NCBI RefSeq assembly: GCF_009914755.1
Contig: NC_060944.1
Source of the DNA: the human T2T-CHM13v2.0 reference genome, Homo sapiens
Length of the DNA stretch: 64,000 nt
Direction: 5' to 3' (one strand)
Of this stretch, positions 1-17,785 are shown piece by piece (position 1 is the stretch's first letter; every line of letters starts with the position of its first letter). The position numbers and the translations under genes are program-made. A model generated the notes under the pieces. That model ran no database searches, was not told the DNA's origin, and saw only the letters and a list, made by a program, of their open reading frames with translations.

Positions 1-759
1 GCTTCCCCTTGAGATATGCTCATTCCTCCGTACAATTAAACAATCTCAATTACTCTTGAAAGAGCATAAAATCCTCCCTGTCATGGGTCCTTCCAAATTA
101 TTTGTTGGCTTGTGTTTAAAATATAAAAAAGAGAACGTAGATTTTGTTTTCTTCTTTCTGCTTAACCTGAACAAAATGTCATAGGTACCTCCTAGCCTGT
201 TGGTAAATCGAGAGTCACTTGAATAATGAACAAGAGTGGAGGGAAACCACATGGATAATTTATCATTACACTATCATCACATACATGGAACTCATTAATG
301 AAGTTTACAAAAAAAAATTGAGTCATTTGTGGAAAAGTGTAAAGAGAATATAGGAGATGTCTCAAGTGAAGAGAAAAAAGCTGCAGAAAATAATTACAAA
401 AAAAGAGTGTTAAGATGTAAACACAAATTCAGAGATTCAGGAGCATGAAGGGCTAAGTTAAGGGAAAAAAGAGTTATCAATATTTTCTTATTCATTTTGG
501 AGAGCAGGATGAATTCTTAAAAGGTCAAATAATTGTGAGTCTGATATATCTGATGATAATTTGTATTTTGTATTTCTAATGTTGTAAATGGTTGTTAATT
601 TACAGTCATTATTTCTATTTCCTTTAGACTAGTGACCATGAGTTTGACTGACAATAACCCATTGGGTTAGTATTGTTATCTACGTGTGTTCATCATGCTA
701 TGTGTTAAAACAAGTCCATCAATTTTTGTCTTGTGTTTGTTTTCATTTAATTTTAGTTT

Positions 760-1050
760 AGTTTCTTTGGGACAGGGTCTCACTGTCACCCAGGCTGGAA
801 GTGCGGTGGCATGATCACAGCTCACTGCAGCCTCTACATCTCCAGGCTCAGGTGATCCTCCTACCTCAGCCTCCCAAGTAGCAGGGACTACAGACATGAG
901 CCACCACACAGTGGCTAATTTTTGTATTTTTTGTAGAGACAGTGTTTTGATATGTTGCTCAGGCTGGTCTCAAACTCTTGGACTCAAGTGATCTGCCCAC
1001 CTTGGCCTCCCAAATTGCTGGGAGGACTGGCATGTACCACTGTCCCGGCC
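760..1050 (-). mobile_element. Alu SINE (old, AluJ-like)
   Basis: Antisense Alu: gacagggtctcactgtcacccaggctgg ... ctcccaaattgctggga ... tgtcccggcc. Confidence 0.9.
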
Positions 1051-1758
1051 TGTTTTCATTTTATTAATTGGCTGATTCATTCAGACACATAATTATCAAG
1101 TCAAATCTCACTCTTTCTTTAGCATTTCCCTTCAGTTTAGCTGAGAAAATCTATTCTTATTTTAAAACATATACAATTATTCAAGTGTGGTGGCACACGT
1201 CTGTAATCCCAGCTACTCAGGAGGCTGAGGCAGGAGTATCACTTGAACCCGGGAGTGATATAGTGATTATATGTAGTATATAACTATATAGTGATTATAG
1301 TTTATAATTTTAACTATATCATGTCTCCTGCCTCATAAGTACCACTGGACAAGGTCCCTTTTATGTACTCAGCTTCTGTCAGAGGTAAATGTATTTTGAA
1401 GTGGAGAACAAAGATAAGTGCAAAATTGGCATGGAGAACTAACGTAATTATGAAAGTTCCAGATACAAAGAGAGAGGGCTCAATATGCCAGCAGTTCTCT
1501 ACCAATCCATCCTAGCGGTCTTCTTTCAGGATTGCCTAAATAATTCAGGAGATAAGTGCAAGACACACAAGTGTTCCAGAAGCATGTAAACAAGGTACAG
1601 AGAAGAGGATAAGATAAAGTAAGATAAGAATATTAGGAATGTCTTGTTCAGAAGATTGCCTACAGAGGCAAAAGGGACAGTTTCATTTTGCTGAGGGAAA
1701 CAGGGTGGTAAGAACACTCCTGGGGAAGACCCCCACTTACCCTGATACAGAAAGAAGG

Positions 1759-2260
1759 TGTAAAATAACGTAATGGGAGAGCATTAGGCTGAGATAGCTC
1801 CCATGGCCAGGGTTCCTACATAGAAAAAATGAAACAAGCTTAGCCCATCAACAAGTGGCCCGCTGAGTATTAGCTGTGTAATGAGAGACCTACCACCAGG
1901 ATAGTTCAAATAATGCAACTGCCCAAATTTTTGCCAATCAAATAATTTCTCTACCCTACTTCTATATTCACCCTATAAAAGCCTTCCTTACAAACACCTC
2001 CAGTAGATCCTCCAACCACTTTCAGTTTGGAGCTGCCTGATCCATGAATCTCTGTTTGCTCAAATAAACTCTTTAAAATTTTAATGTGCTTAAGTTTATC
2101 AATTTTTTTTCTCATTTTTAAAAATTGAGATGGGATCTTCCTATGTTGTCCAGGCTGGTCTTAAACTCCTGAACTCAAGGAATCCTCCTGCCTCAGCCTC
2201 CTGAGTAGCTGGAATTATAGACGTGTGCCTCCACACCCAGCTTACATTTATCTTTAAACA
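1759..2260 (+). mobile_element. Solo ERV1-class LTR (MER31/MER67-like) interrupted by an antisense Alu monomer at ~2100-2243
   Basis: TG start, CCAAT and TATAAAA elements, then gctcaaataaactctttaaaattttaatgtg and a ...ttatctttaaaca end typical of MER-type LTRs. Subfamily uncertain. Confidence 0.6.
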
Positions 2261-2479
2261 AGGGTTTGACCCCTTTCTGAAATATATTTCTCTGAAGACC
2301 TGTACCCTCAGTGATATGGGAGGCTCATTTTAGACCATTGGGCACTTTTGTCTCCGGACCACAATTTGCCCTTTGTGACCTGCTCTACTAAGAAATTCAA
2401 GTGTAATTCAAATTAGTTTACCATCTGCTGATCAGGGGAGATTGCTCTGGGTGCAAGTTCAAGACAGGCACTCACATCT

Positions 2480-2580
2480 TCATTCGTACCCCAAATCTCA
2501 GCATCACACAATACATCCATGTAATAAACCTGCACAGGTACCCTCCAGAATCTAAAATGAAAGTTGAAATTCATTAAAAT
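2480..2580 (+). mobile_element. L1 3'-end fragment
   Basis: catgtaataaacctgcacaggtaccctccagaatctaaaatgaaagttgaa matches an old L1 3' terminus. Confidence 0.65.
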
Positions 2581-3219
2581 TTTAATTTCATCTTATTACA
2601 AAACAAAGATACATTTACTTCTTTCCAATTTTGATATATATTATACTGACATACACACTGTATTCTATGGTGAATTATACTGATTGAATTTCACATTTTA
2701 AACTAACACTGAATTACTTTGAAAAACTCTACTAGGTCATAATGTATTATGTTTTTAATATATTTTAATACAATTTGCAAAAATTCTGTTTTAAAATTAC
2801 CTCTCTGTTCCATAAATAAATAAATATGTAAAAAAAATAAATGTTTGTATTATTCAAGTGAAGATTATAGCAATAATTTTGAATATCTACTTAACCTCAA
2901 CTAGTTTTAATTCAGAAGTAGCAACTCCATAAAAATTCAACTTATTACTACCTTATTACTCATACTTGTCTCCTTGAAGAAGTTCATTGTTATCATCCAG
3001 TTTAGACTGGGATGTCATAAATCTCTAGACTGAGTAGTATAATATTCACTGTTCAAAAAAAATCAAATTATTATTATAATGTTATGACACCTCCAAATAC
3101 AAAAAGCAAGCCCATGGATGTCAGGTTAAGGTATAGAGGCAAGTATTCCTACTTACTATCTTTTAGGGCAGACATATCCCAGTCAAGCTGATTGCAAAAT
3201 GAAATGGAAACCATATGGT

Positions 3220-3350
3220 GGAAGGGGACTTGGGACTCACACAGATTGGATTTTCATTCCAACCCTTACATACACAAGCTGCATGACTCTGGGTAGATTG
3301 CATATTCTCTTAGAGTTTCAATTTCCTCATCTGTGCAATGACACTTAATG
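3220..3350. mobile_element. MIR SINE
   Basis: MIR core: tctcttagagtttcaatttcctcatctgtgcaatg. Confidence 0.6.
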
Positions 3351-4154
3351 CCTATGGGCTATGGCTGATGTGGGGATAAAAGAACCAACACGGATGCATG
3401 GGCAGGGCCTGGTCCATAGGGCAGCTGGCATCAACAAATGGAAGCCCCTTCCCATCTTGTCTTTGCATGTACTACAAAATCCGGAATATGTGGGTATAAA
3501 AAGTACTCTTAAAAGAGACATAATTGGAAACTTTTGCAAAAAGAGATTGGAAAGGTGTCACATCTTGTAGCATGAGGAGTTGTGGGCATACAGTTGAACT
3601 TTGTGCTGTGAGATATCCACAGAACTTCAGTAGTTTAAGAGAACAGTTTAGATATCATCTTATTCATCTACCATAGAACTTCCTCCTCTTTTCTGAGATT
3701 TCTAGACAGTAACTTTTACAGCTCTAATAATGCAGTTCTCTCCCAATTGTTTGGACTATTCTAATAGACACAAAGCAGTATTTCACCAGCAGATGCTACT
3801 GCAGTTTCTATGATGATTTCAAACTGAGAATCCATTTAAACTTATGCAATACTTTTTTTGGAAATAGGGTGAAAGTATTTTAAGTTTAAAATCCTATAAA
3901 ATAGGTTTACAGTAAATAATTACTTGTTGCAATATCTATCATACTATCTTATATTCACACATGTATTGGAGTCCTAATACATATGTATGAGAGTGAAAGT
4001 TACCTGAGGTCAGAGACTGTGCCATATGTTCCCTGCACCACTGGTGCCTATCTCAGCACATGATATACAGTAGATGCTCAATAAATACTTTCCCTAAAAA
4101 GCGCACTAAGAATAAATCTGATTAGACATCAAAATACATATGAGTACAATCTAG

Positions 4155-4485
<331 letters not shown>

Positions 4486-4579
4486 ACAAAATGTTTTAAA
4501 GTAGCTTCAAAACCCCTTTGCAAATAGGTGTATTCATAACAAGATGCAAACAAGAAAACATTGAGCTTCATATAATAGA

Positions 4580-4720
4580 AGGGTTCTGCCTGGATTTGCA
4601 TGTGGCCCCATCATTTGTTTGCTGTTGGGCCATGGTCATGTTACTTAGCTGCTCTCTGCCTCCACATAGGTTTTAGGCCTGTGCATCCCTCATCTACAAA
4701 ATGGGAATAATAAGAATATC
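4580..4720. mobile_element. MIR SINE
   Basis: ccctcatctacaaaatgggaataataa core. Confidence 0.55.
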
Positions 4721-5112
4721 TGACAATTAGACGTGTAGAAAATATATGTAAAGGCCTTTGAAAAGAGCTTGTGAAAGCTCAATAATTGTCCCCAATAATT
4801 GCTCTCAATAATTGTCAGCTATCATTCCATAATAAGCGTAATCATAAAAATGTTTGACTCAAAGAAAGATTCCGACTTCATATCCAGCTTCCCAAAAGAA
4901 TATCAGACATAGGACCTGTGAAAGGAATGACATTGAGATGTATTTTCACATCGCTAAGTTGGTTTTTTCTCTTTGTCATTCAATTTCTGCAGTCCCTACT
5001 CTAAGCCCATGGTCCACCTTTTTATTTTTCCTCCTAAAATGTCTTCCCTTCTCATAAGATTTACTTTTCCTAAAAAGGGCCCTTTTCATCCACCCACTCT
5101 TTTGCCCTTCCC

Positions 5113-5392
5113 AGAAGTTGGTTAATGGGGACAAAAATACAGTTAGATGGAAGGAACAGAATTTCTAGTGTTCAAAAGCACAGTAGGGTGATGATCATTA
5201 ACAATAACTTATATATTTCAAAATGACTAGAGGAAAGATGTGGAATGTTCTCAACACAAATAAATGATAAATGTTTAAGTTGATGGATATGCACATTATC
5301 CTGATTTGATGACTACACATTGTATGCATGTATCAAAATATCACATGTACCCTAGAAATATGTATAATTGTCATGTATCAATAAAAATAAAA
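5113..5392 (+). mobile_element. L1MA-type 3' end
   Basis: gttggttaatggggacaaaaatacagttagat ... gtatcaaaatatcacatgtacc ... caataaaaataaaa. Confidence 0.8.
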
Positions 5393-5427
5393 AGGCCTAT
5401 TTCTCTTTCCTTCCTCCCCGTATTTCC

Positions 5428-5788
5428 TACAAAGTGGATTTTAGTAACAATCTTGAGTCATCACAGAAGCTAATGAAGTTGGGGATTCCACGAATCCATC
5501 CAAGCATATAAAGCCCATTTCCCGGGGTCCCTTTTCCTTAGCTCAAGGCCACAAAAAATCAGAACTTGAATTCCAGCCCACATTTGCCTTATGTCTACAT
5601 AATTATGAGTTGTAAATGAAGCTAACAATTAGTTAAATATGTTCTATTCTCCTACTTTGATAAATATACACCCATAATAACCCACAAGGTCAAAGTCGAG
5701 TGTAGAATTCTCTGATTTCTTGGTGCTCTGCACAGGATTGTGGTAGTAAAGGGAGAGCCGATCCTCAGCCCCAGGCTAAACTTTTTTC
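5428..5788 (+). repeat. Direct repeat copy 1 (~360 bp; copy 2 at 7483-7843)
   Basis: tacaaagtggattttagtaacaatcttgag ... gccccaggctaaactttttt occurs twice; about 25 mismatches by manual alignment (~93% identity). Confidence 0.95.
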
Positions 5789-6329
5789 TTTCATCGTAGG
5801 TAGCCCTGTCCTCACTTGAGAAGCTTTGCATACCCCTGTGTGGGGGACTCCCTAGGCCCCGTGCAAGCTCCATCCACAATTCTCACCCCATTCAGACAGC
5901 AGAAAGCCTCTGGTGCACAAGGGGACACCATTTGGACAAGCAGTTTGCGCTTTGAAATGAACCTAGGGAAGAGGCCATGCAGGCTCAGGCACATTTCATC
6001 AGGGGCCTGAGTGCCCAGCGTGTGCCCTAGAAGAGAGGGTGAAGCTCTGGGTGGGCCAGGGTACAGTCAGTGGAGGGCCAGAGAGGCACCTTCTCAAGTA
6101 CAGGATTCAGGGCAGGGGTCCTCTTGCCCAGATCGATGGCTACCATTGCTTAGTGCAATGGCGCCTGCGTCATGTCTTCTCAGCTCACCTTTCATTCAGT
6201 CTCAGCCACCGTGGGAAGTTCCACTGAAGCGCAGGCTTCCCTTGTGCTGCCAGCAAACTCAAGCTCCACTTTCTGCCCTAGGGCATCTCCATTATTGTAG
6301 GATTTTGTCTGAGCATAAATACAGCCCAG

Positions 6330-6617
6330 AAACACTTGCAAGTTAACAGCCTCAGGGGAAGACCTCAACCAGTGTGGGACAGGTGGACAAATGCTCCAGG
6401 CTCATGTTTCAGGTGAACAGTTCTGGATAACTTTCCGGAACCTCTTGGAAGGTCCTGAAGAAAAAACACCATGGCAGGAGCCTCAATAACATGCCATTAT
6501 TTTGGTTTTTCTTTCTTTCCTGGCTCACTCTTCCCACTTCTGACTCTTGCTTCTTGGAATCACTTCCCAAATAAACCACCCACACCCAAGTCCTTACTCC
6601 AGCTCTGCTTCTAGGGA
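6330..6617 (+). mobile_element. ERVL-class LTR fragment (LTR16-like)
   Basis: cacttcccaaataaaccacccacacccaagtccttactccagctctgcttctaggg 3' LTR signature. Confidence 0.55.
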
Positions 6618-6757
6618 TACAGGCACACCTTGGAGATATTGCAGGTTTGGTTCTAGGTAACCACAATAAGGGGAATATCACAACAGCGCAAGTCACACGA
6701 AACTTTTTGCAAGTCACACGAAATGTTTTGCTTTCTGGTGTATATAAAAGTTATGTT

Positions 6758-7138
<381 letters not shown>

Positions 7139-7482
7139 CTAACCATCATCTAGGCCTTCAGCAAGTCATCACCATTTTGCTGCTGGATGGTTTTGTCTCA
7201 ACGTTGATAGCTACTGACTGATCCGGGTGGTGGTTGCTGAGGGCTGGAGAGGGAGTGACAAATTTCTTAAAAGAAGATGACAATGAAGTTTACTTCATTG
7301 ACTGACTCTTCCTTTCACAAAAGATTTCACTGTAGCATGCTATGCAGTTTGGTAGCATTTTACCCACAGTAGAATTTATATCAAAATTGGAACCAATCCT
7401 CTCTAACCCTGCCACTCCTCTATCAACTAAGTTTATAATTATTATATAAGCAAAAATGATATCCCTTGGTTTTTAAAGATAA

Positions 7483-7843
7483 TACAAAGTGGATTTTAGT
7501 AACAATCTTGAGCTGTCACAGAAGCTAAAGAAGTTGGGGATTCCATGAAGCCATCCAAGCATATAAAGCCCATTTCCCTGGGTCCGTTTTCCTTAGCTCA
7601 AGGCCACAAAAAGTCAGAACGTGAATTCCAGCCCACATTTGCAGTATGTCTAAATAATTATGAGTTATAAATGAAGCTAACAAATAGTTAAATATGTTCT
7701 ATTCTCCTACTTTGATAAATATACTGTCATAATAACCCACAAGGTCGAAGTTGAGTTTAGAATTCTCTGATTCCTTGGTGCTCTGCACGGGAATGTGGTA
7801 GTAAAGGGAGAGCCGATCCTGAGCCCCAGGCTAAACTTTTTTC
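7483..7843 (+). repeat. Direct repeat copy 2, lying inside Tigger1
   Basis: About 93% identical to 5428-5788. Confidence 0.95.
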
Positions 7844-7883
7844 CATCTAATTCCATTTATTTCCATTAAGATTGCAGCAATTT

Positions 7884-8186
<303 letters not shown>

Positions 8187-8795
8187 AAGATTGCAGCAAT
8201 TCACTCACGTCTTCAGGTTCCACTTGTAATTCTAGTTCTCTTGCTATCTTCACCACAACTGTGGTTGCTTCCTCTGCTAAGGTCTTGAACCTCTCAAAGT
8301 CATCTATGAGGGTTGGAATCAACTTCTTCCAAACTCCTATTAATGCTGCTATTTTTACCTCCTCTGGTGAATCTTGAATGTTCTTAGTGGCATCTGTCAT
8401 AGTGAATCCTTTCCAGAAGGTTTCCAATTGACTTTGCCCAGATCCATCAAAGGAATCATGACCTATGGCAGTAACAGCCTTATAAAATATATTTCTCAAA
8501 TAATAAGACTAGAAAGTCAAAATGATGCCTCAGTCCATGGACTACAGAATAGATGTTGTGTTGGCAGGCATGAAACCAGCATGCGTTTCCCTGTACATCT
8601 CCATTAGAGCTCTTTAGTCACCAGGTACATTGTCAAAAAGCTGAAGTATTTGAAATGAATCTTTTTTTCTGAGCTGTAGGTCTCAAAAGTGGGATTAAAA
8701 TACTCAGTAACCCATGCCGTAAACAGCTCTGATATCATCCAAGTGTTGTTGTTCCATTTATACAGCATGGGTAGAGTAGATTTAGCATAATTCTT

Positions 8796-11098
<2,303 letters not shown>

Positions 11099-11183
11099 TA
11101 ATTCTTAAGAGGTGCCCTAGGATTTATGGAATAGCAAATGTGCATTGGCTTGTAACAAGAAAGTCAGCCTGTCCTTTAAATCC

Positions 11184-11498
11184 TTTTTTTATTTTATATA
11201 AAGTCTCACTCCATTACCCAGGCTGGATTGCAGTGGCATGATCTTAGACCACTCCATACTTGACCTCCTTGGCTCCACAATCCTCCCACCTCAGCCTCCT
11301 GAGTAGCTGGGACTAGTAGCATGCACCACCATACATGGCTTATTTTCATTTATTTATTTATTTATTTATTTATTTTTTGTTAGAGACAGGGTTTCACCAT
11401 GTTGCCCAGGCTGGTCTCAAGCTCCTAAGCTCAAGCCATTCTCCCACTTCAGCCTCACAGAGTGCTGGGATTACAGGTGTGATCCACCGTGTCTGGCC
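11184..11498 (-). mobile_element. AluJ-like SINE
   Basis: Antisense Alu with (TTTA)n in the linker. Confidence 0.88.
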
Positions 11499-11952
11499 TC
11501 TAAATTCGTGTTATGGAGACTCCTTTTCATGGTTAAAATGTCCTGAATTGACTGTGGCCTGTTGGGAGTCGGGATGGAGGAAATTACTTATGGAAAATGA
11601 AGAAGAAAGGGAAGCACACCAGAAGAATATGTCATCAATTTTTACATCAAGGACTCCAAGATAAAGAGAAAGTACAGGTGGCCTGTTATCATGGCTGACC
11701 ATTGGACTGTGGACTGCACCTGAATCTACCAGGTTCTTCTGGGTAGTCCCAGTATTAAATTTTTGACCTGATAATCATGAACACAGTGCTACTGGTCAGA
11801 CCTTTGTCCAGGTTTAAGCTTCAGAACATAATGTCTTCATGCAGTGGGAGGCCTGATTAGCGTTATGATTCTGCCCTGGGGCATCTGCCCCTTCTGACAT
11901 GGAGGTAAACTTGGCATCTGCTACTTACCTCTACACTTGAACAGGCAAGGAT

Positions 11953-12090
11953 GGGCTGAGCACAGAGGCTCACATCTGTAACTCCAGCACTTTGGGAAGT
12001 CAAGGCAGGAGGATCGCTTAAGGCCAGGAGTTCAAGACCAGCCTGGGCAGTATAGTGAGACCTCATCTCTGTAAAAACAAACAAACAAAA
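11953..12090 (+). mobile_element. Alu monomer (FLAM-like)
   Basis: ggctgagcacagaggctcac ... gagttcaagaccagcctgggcag, followed by an A-rich tail. Confidence 0.8.
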
Positions 12091-12122
12091 CCGAGGATGG
12101 GTGGGTGACAGGGAGCAGTTCA

Positions 12123-12600
<478 letters not shown>

Positions 12601-12816
12601 TGATACTAATAATGTTTTCTACAAGCAAGGAGTTACTTAGTACTGTGAACCGGTGTGAAGGGATTTGCCATGTGTCAGCTTTTGGATTCATCACAGTTAT
12701 TTCTAGATAACAGAGGTGGGAATGTTTGTTGATCATCTTCTATGTTCTTTGTTATATTGATTGATTTTTTAAAATTAGCATTTTTATAACAATAAAGTCA
12801 TAAAAATAAGTAACTA

Positions 12817-13167
<351 letters not shown>

Positions 13168-14112
13168 TTAAACTTTTAATTGACATTTCATATTAGATTC
13201 TAATTCCATTTAAAAGAGCATCTCGTAGAAGCAAATGAACTCAATTATATTAACTCTGTGGTTTCATTTAAGCAATTTGTTTTGTGAAGGGACACAAATC
13301 CAACCAGATTTTAACGGTGTATAAATATGTATTTATTAATTTAATTACTACGACAGTACTCTCAACTCCCCATTTGAATAAAGGAGAGCATCGGATCTGT
13401 GTTCTGGGACAGCGTGCACTATAGGTGTGTGGAAATACCGATGCCCTCAGCTGTGTGGCAGGCTCAGTGGGACCTGGAGTGCAGGAGCCCCTGGGCCATT
13501 CACCTCTGGCCACAAAAGTCATTGTCCATTTACCCCAAACTGCTATAGAAAGATTATTTTCAGTGGCTGTTATGATGCAAAAGAAAAGAAGCAGGGAGAT
13601 TTATTAAACTTTTACATATAAGATATGTTAGTAAATAAAGTCTACTTTCTTCTGGCTTAACTAAAAATCTATACTAGTATTTATGCCTTTTGGAACTTAG
13701 AGATGCCAATTTAAAAATTAGGAAGCAAAACAACTGAGTATTGGATAAGACAGCCAAGTACAACTGCAGAATTGTAGAGGTTATGGGTTACATGTATAAG
13801 AATATTTCATAGCAATAATCTTTTAAGACTCTGTGAAGACACTCCACAGTGAAGCAGAAATTAGAACAGAATTAATAATACTGTGTATGCTCTCAGTTCA
13901 CCAATTATTTATCAAAACTAGCTTTATGATACAGGAGGGTGTCTGCTCTTTTGCAGTTGGAAGAAAAGAAAGAATATTTTATTTTTTTGAGTCTTTAGAT
14001 TTTCTTCACTAACAGTATTTCCAAGGCTAAGTAAGGGGGTTGCAAGTAACACCAAGAGAAAAAAGCAGTCTTGAGCAACTTTTTAAAAATGGTCTTAAAA
14101 TATGGAAAATGG

Positions 14113-14400
14113 AGCCAGGTGTGGTGGCTCACTCTTGTGATCCCAGCACTATGGGAACCTGAGGGGGGAGGATTGCTTGAGGCCAAAAGTTTGAGACCAG
14201 CCTGGGCAGCATAGCAAGATCTCCATCATTGCAAAAAATAATATTTTTTTAAAAAATTAGCTGGATGTGGTGGTGCATGCCTTAGAGTCCCAGTTACTTG
14301 GAAGGCTGAGGTAGGAGGAGCTCTTGAGTCCAGGAGTTCAAGTGTGAAGTGAACTGTGATTGCACCACTGTCCTCAAGCCTGGGCAACAAAGTGAGACCT
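14113..14400 (+). mobile_element. AluJ SINE followed by (CT)n(AT)n
   Basis: Diverged Alu dimer. Confidence 0.88.
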
Positions 14401-14909
14401 CTCTCTCTCTCTCTCTCTAGATATATATATATGGAAAAGAGAAGGTCCAAGAATATCAAAGACATTGAAGAAGAGGAAAGATTTGTCCTGCCAAATATCA
14501 GAACTTTTATAAAGCTACAGCAATTAAGACAGTGTGGTCCTCACTGATAAACTGACTAATGAAACAGAATAGAGAGCTCCCAAGCAAATCTCTACAAATT
14601 TAATCTTCGATACGTGATGTAGGTGACATGGCAGATCAGTAAGGAAAGAAAGGACTTTTCAATAAATAGAATAGAAAAATAATGGTTATTGATATAAGAA
14701 ACAAAATGAAATTATATTCCTACTTCACTCTATATACAAACATTAAATTCCAGAGGACCAAAGACTTACATGTCAGAAACAAAACTTTAAAACTTTTAGT
14801 AGAAAATGTAAGTGAATGAGACACAAAAAGCCATTTAACCATTAAAAAAGATTAGACATTTTGACTATCACAAAATTAAGAACTTTTTACATCAAAAAGT
14901 GGAAAGATA

Positions 14910-15176
14910 GGCTGGTCACAGTGTCTCAATCCTGTAATCCCAATAGTATATCACCTGAGGTCAGGAGTTTGAGAGCAGGCTGGCCAACATGGTGAAACCC
15001 CATCTCTACTAAAAATACAAGAAATTAGCTGGGCATCAGTGGCAGACACCTGTAGTCCAAGCTACTTGGGAAGCTGAGGCATGAGAATCATCTCAACCCA
15101 GGAGGTGGAGGTTGCAGTGAGCCACTGCACTCCAGCCTGAATGACAGAGCCAGACTCTGTCTCAAAAACAAAAAAA
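14910..15176 (+). mobile_element. AluS SINE with internal deletions
   Basis: cacctgaggtcaggagtt ... gttgcagtgagccactgcactccagcctg. Confidence 0.88.
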
Positions 15177-15479
15177 TTGAAATTAAAAAATAAAAGTAAA
15201 AAAGTCAAAAGATAAACTATAAATTAGAGAAGATATTTGCAGTACCTAAAACCTATGAAAGATTAATATCATATCAACTAAGCATAAGGAGCTCCTATGA
15301 ATTAATTTTAAAAATAGCAACCCAACAGAAAATTGGGAAAAGACATTAATAGGGATTTCACAAAAGAGAAAGCTTGCAAAACATAAAAATTTTCTCAACC
15401 TCATTAGTAATCAGGGAAATGCACAAGATACTACACACCTATTCTCTCCACAAATATTAAGAAGTTTGACAATACCAAA

Positions 15480-17785
15480 TGTATTAGTCCATATTCACAC
15501 TGCTGATAAAGACATACCCGAGACAGGGAAGAAAAAGAGGCTTAAATGGATTAAGGTTTCCACATAGCTGAGGAGGCCTCAGAGTTATGGCGGTGGATGA
15601 ACAGCACTTCTTACATGGCAGTGGCAAGAGAATATGAGAAGGAGGCAAAAGAAGCAAAAGACGAAACCACTAACCCATCAGATCTTGTGAGATTTATTCA
15701 CTATCACAAGAATAGCATGGGAAAGACCAGCCCCAAAGATTCAACTACCTCCCCCTGATTCCCTCCCCGAACACATGGGAATCCTGAGCAGTACAATTCA
15801 AGTTGAGATGTGGGTAGGGACATAGTCAAACCATATTATTCTGCTCCTGGCCCCTCCAAATCTCATGTCCTCACACTTCAAATCCGATCATGCCTTCCCA
15901 ACAGTCCCCCAAAGTCTTAACTCATTTCAGCATTAACCCAAATGTCCCCTGTCCAAAGTCTCATCTGAGACAAGGCAAGTCTCTTCTGCCTATGACCCTG
16001 TAAAATCCAAATCAAGCTAGTTACTTCCTAGATACAATCGGGGTACAGGTAATTGAGTAAATACAGCTGTTCCAAATGGGAGTAATTGGCCAAAAAAAAG
16101 GGGTTACAGGCCCCATGCAAGTCCAAAATCCAGCAAGGTAATCAAATTTTAAAGCTCCAAAATGATCTCCTTTGACTCCCTGTTTCACATCATGGTCATG
16201 CTGATACAAGAGGTCGGCTCCCACAGCCTTGTGTAGTTCTGCCCCTGTGGCTTTGTAGGGTATAGTCCACCTCGTGGCTGTTTTCATGGACTGATGTTGA
16301 GTGTCCATAGCTTTTCCAGGCTCATGGTGCAAGCTGTCAGTGAATCTACCATTCTGGGGTCTGGAGGAGAGTGGCCCTCTCCTCACAGCTCCACTAGGAA
16401 GTTCCCCAGTAAGGACTCTGTAGAGAGGCTCTGACCCCACATTTCTCTTCTGCAGAGCCCTAGCAGAGGTTCTCCATCAGAGCACCACCCCTGCAGCAAA
16501 CTTCTGCTTGGATATCCAGATGTTTTCAAACATCCTCTGAAATCTAGGTGGAGGTTTCCAAACCTCAATTCTTGACTTCTATGCATGTGCAGGCTGAACA
16601 CAACGTGGAAGCTGCCAAGGCTTGGTGTTTGCACTCTCAAGGCCATGGCCTGAGTTCTATGTTGGCCCCTTTCAGCCATGGCTGGAGGGGCTGAAACGCA
16701 GAGAAACAAGGCCCTAGGCTACACACAGCACAGTGAACCTGGCCCAGCCCAGAAATCCATTTTATCCTCCTAGGCCCCGGGCTTGTGATGGGAGGGGCTG
16801 CTGTGATGACCTATGACATGTCCTGTAGACATTTTCCCCATTGTTTTTGGGATTAACATTCAGCTTCTTGTTACTTATGCAAATTTCTGCAGACACCTTG
16901 AATTTATCCTCAGAAAATGGGATTTTCTTCTCTATCACATTGTCAGGCTGCAAATTTTCCAAAACTGTATGCTCTGCTTCCTTTATAAAACCGAAGGCCT
17001 TTAACATCACCCGAGTCACCTCTTGAATGCTTTATTGCTTAGAAATTTCTTCCAGCAGATACCCTAAATTATCACTCTCAAGTTCAAAGTTCCACAAATC
17101 TCTAGGACAGAGGCAAAATGCTGCCATTCTCTTTGCTAAAACATAACGAGAGTTACCTTTGCTCCAGTTCACAACAAGTTCCTCATCTCCATCTGAGACC
17201 ACCTCAGCCTGGACCTTATTGTTCAAAACACTATCAGCATTTTTGTCAAAGTCATTCAGCAAGTCTCTAGGAGGTTCCAAAGTTTCCCACATTTTCCAGT
17301 GTTCTACTGAGCCCTCCAAACTGTTCCAACCTCTGCCTGTTACCAAGTTTCAAAGTTGCTTGCACATTTTTGGGTATTTTTTTAAGGAGCACCTCACTCC
17401 ACTGGTATCAATTTACTGTATTAGTCTGCTTTCACCCTGCTGATAAAGACATACTCAAGTCTGAGAAGAAAAAGAGGTGTAAAGAAAAAGAACTGTAATT
17501 GGATTTACAGTCCCAAATGGTGAGGGGGGCCTCAGAATCATGGCAGGAGGTAAAAGGCCTTCTTATATGGCAGAAGCAAGAGAAAATGAGGAGGAAGCCA
17601 AAGCAGAAACTCCTGATAAACCCATCATATCTCATGAGACTTATTCACTATCATGAGAATAGCACAGGAAAGACTGGCCTCCGTGATTCAATTACCTCAC
17701 CCTGGGTCCCTCCCATAACATGTGGGAATTCTGGGAGATAGAATTCAAGCTGAGATTTGGGTGTGGTCACAGCCAAACCATATCA
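15480..17785 (-). mobile_element. Full-length THE1 (THE1A-like) MaLR provirus: LTR 15480-15838, internal 15839-17416, LTR 17417-17785
   Basis: Two LTRs that start tgtattagtc..ctgctgataaagacata and end aaaccatat(t/c)a. Internal MaLR ORF remnants (GRGWNSLEGS..., DLWNFELE). 5-bp TSD CCAAA at 15475-15479 and 17786-17790. Confidence 0.93.

Noticed and set aside
1185-1320. Possible 7SL pseudogene
   Set aside because: Only ~70 bp of Alu-type sequence followed by AT-rich low complexity; no SRP S-domain.
13388-13444. Inverted repeat gcatcgg/ccgatgc as a possible hairpin RNA
   Set aside because: Only a 7-bp stem with a 43-nt loop, expected by chance in 64 kb; no RNA family features.
16021-17346. 104-139-aa ORFs
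   Set aside because: Broken THE1/MaLR internal sequence.
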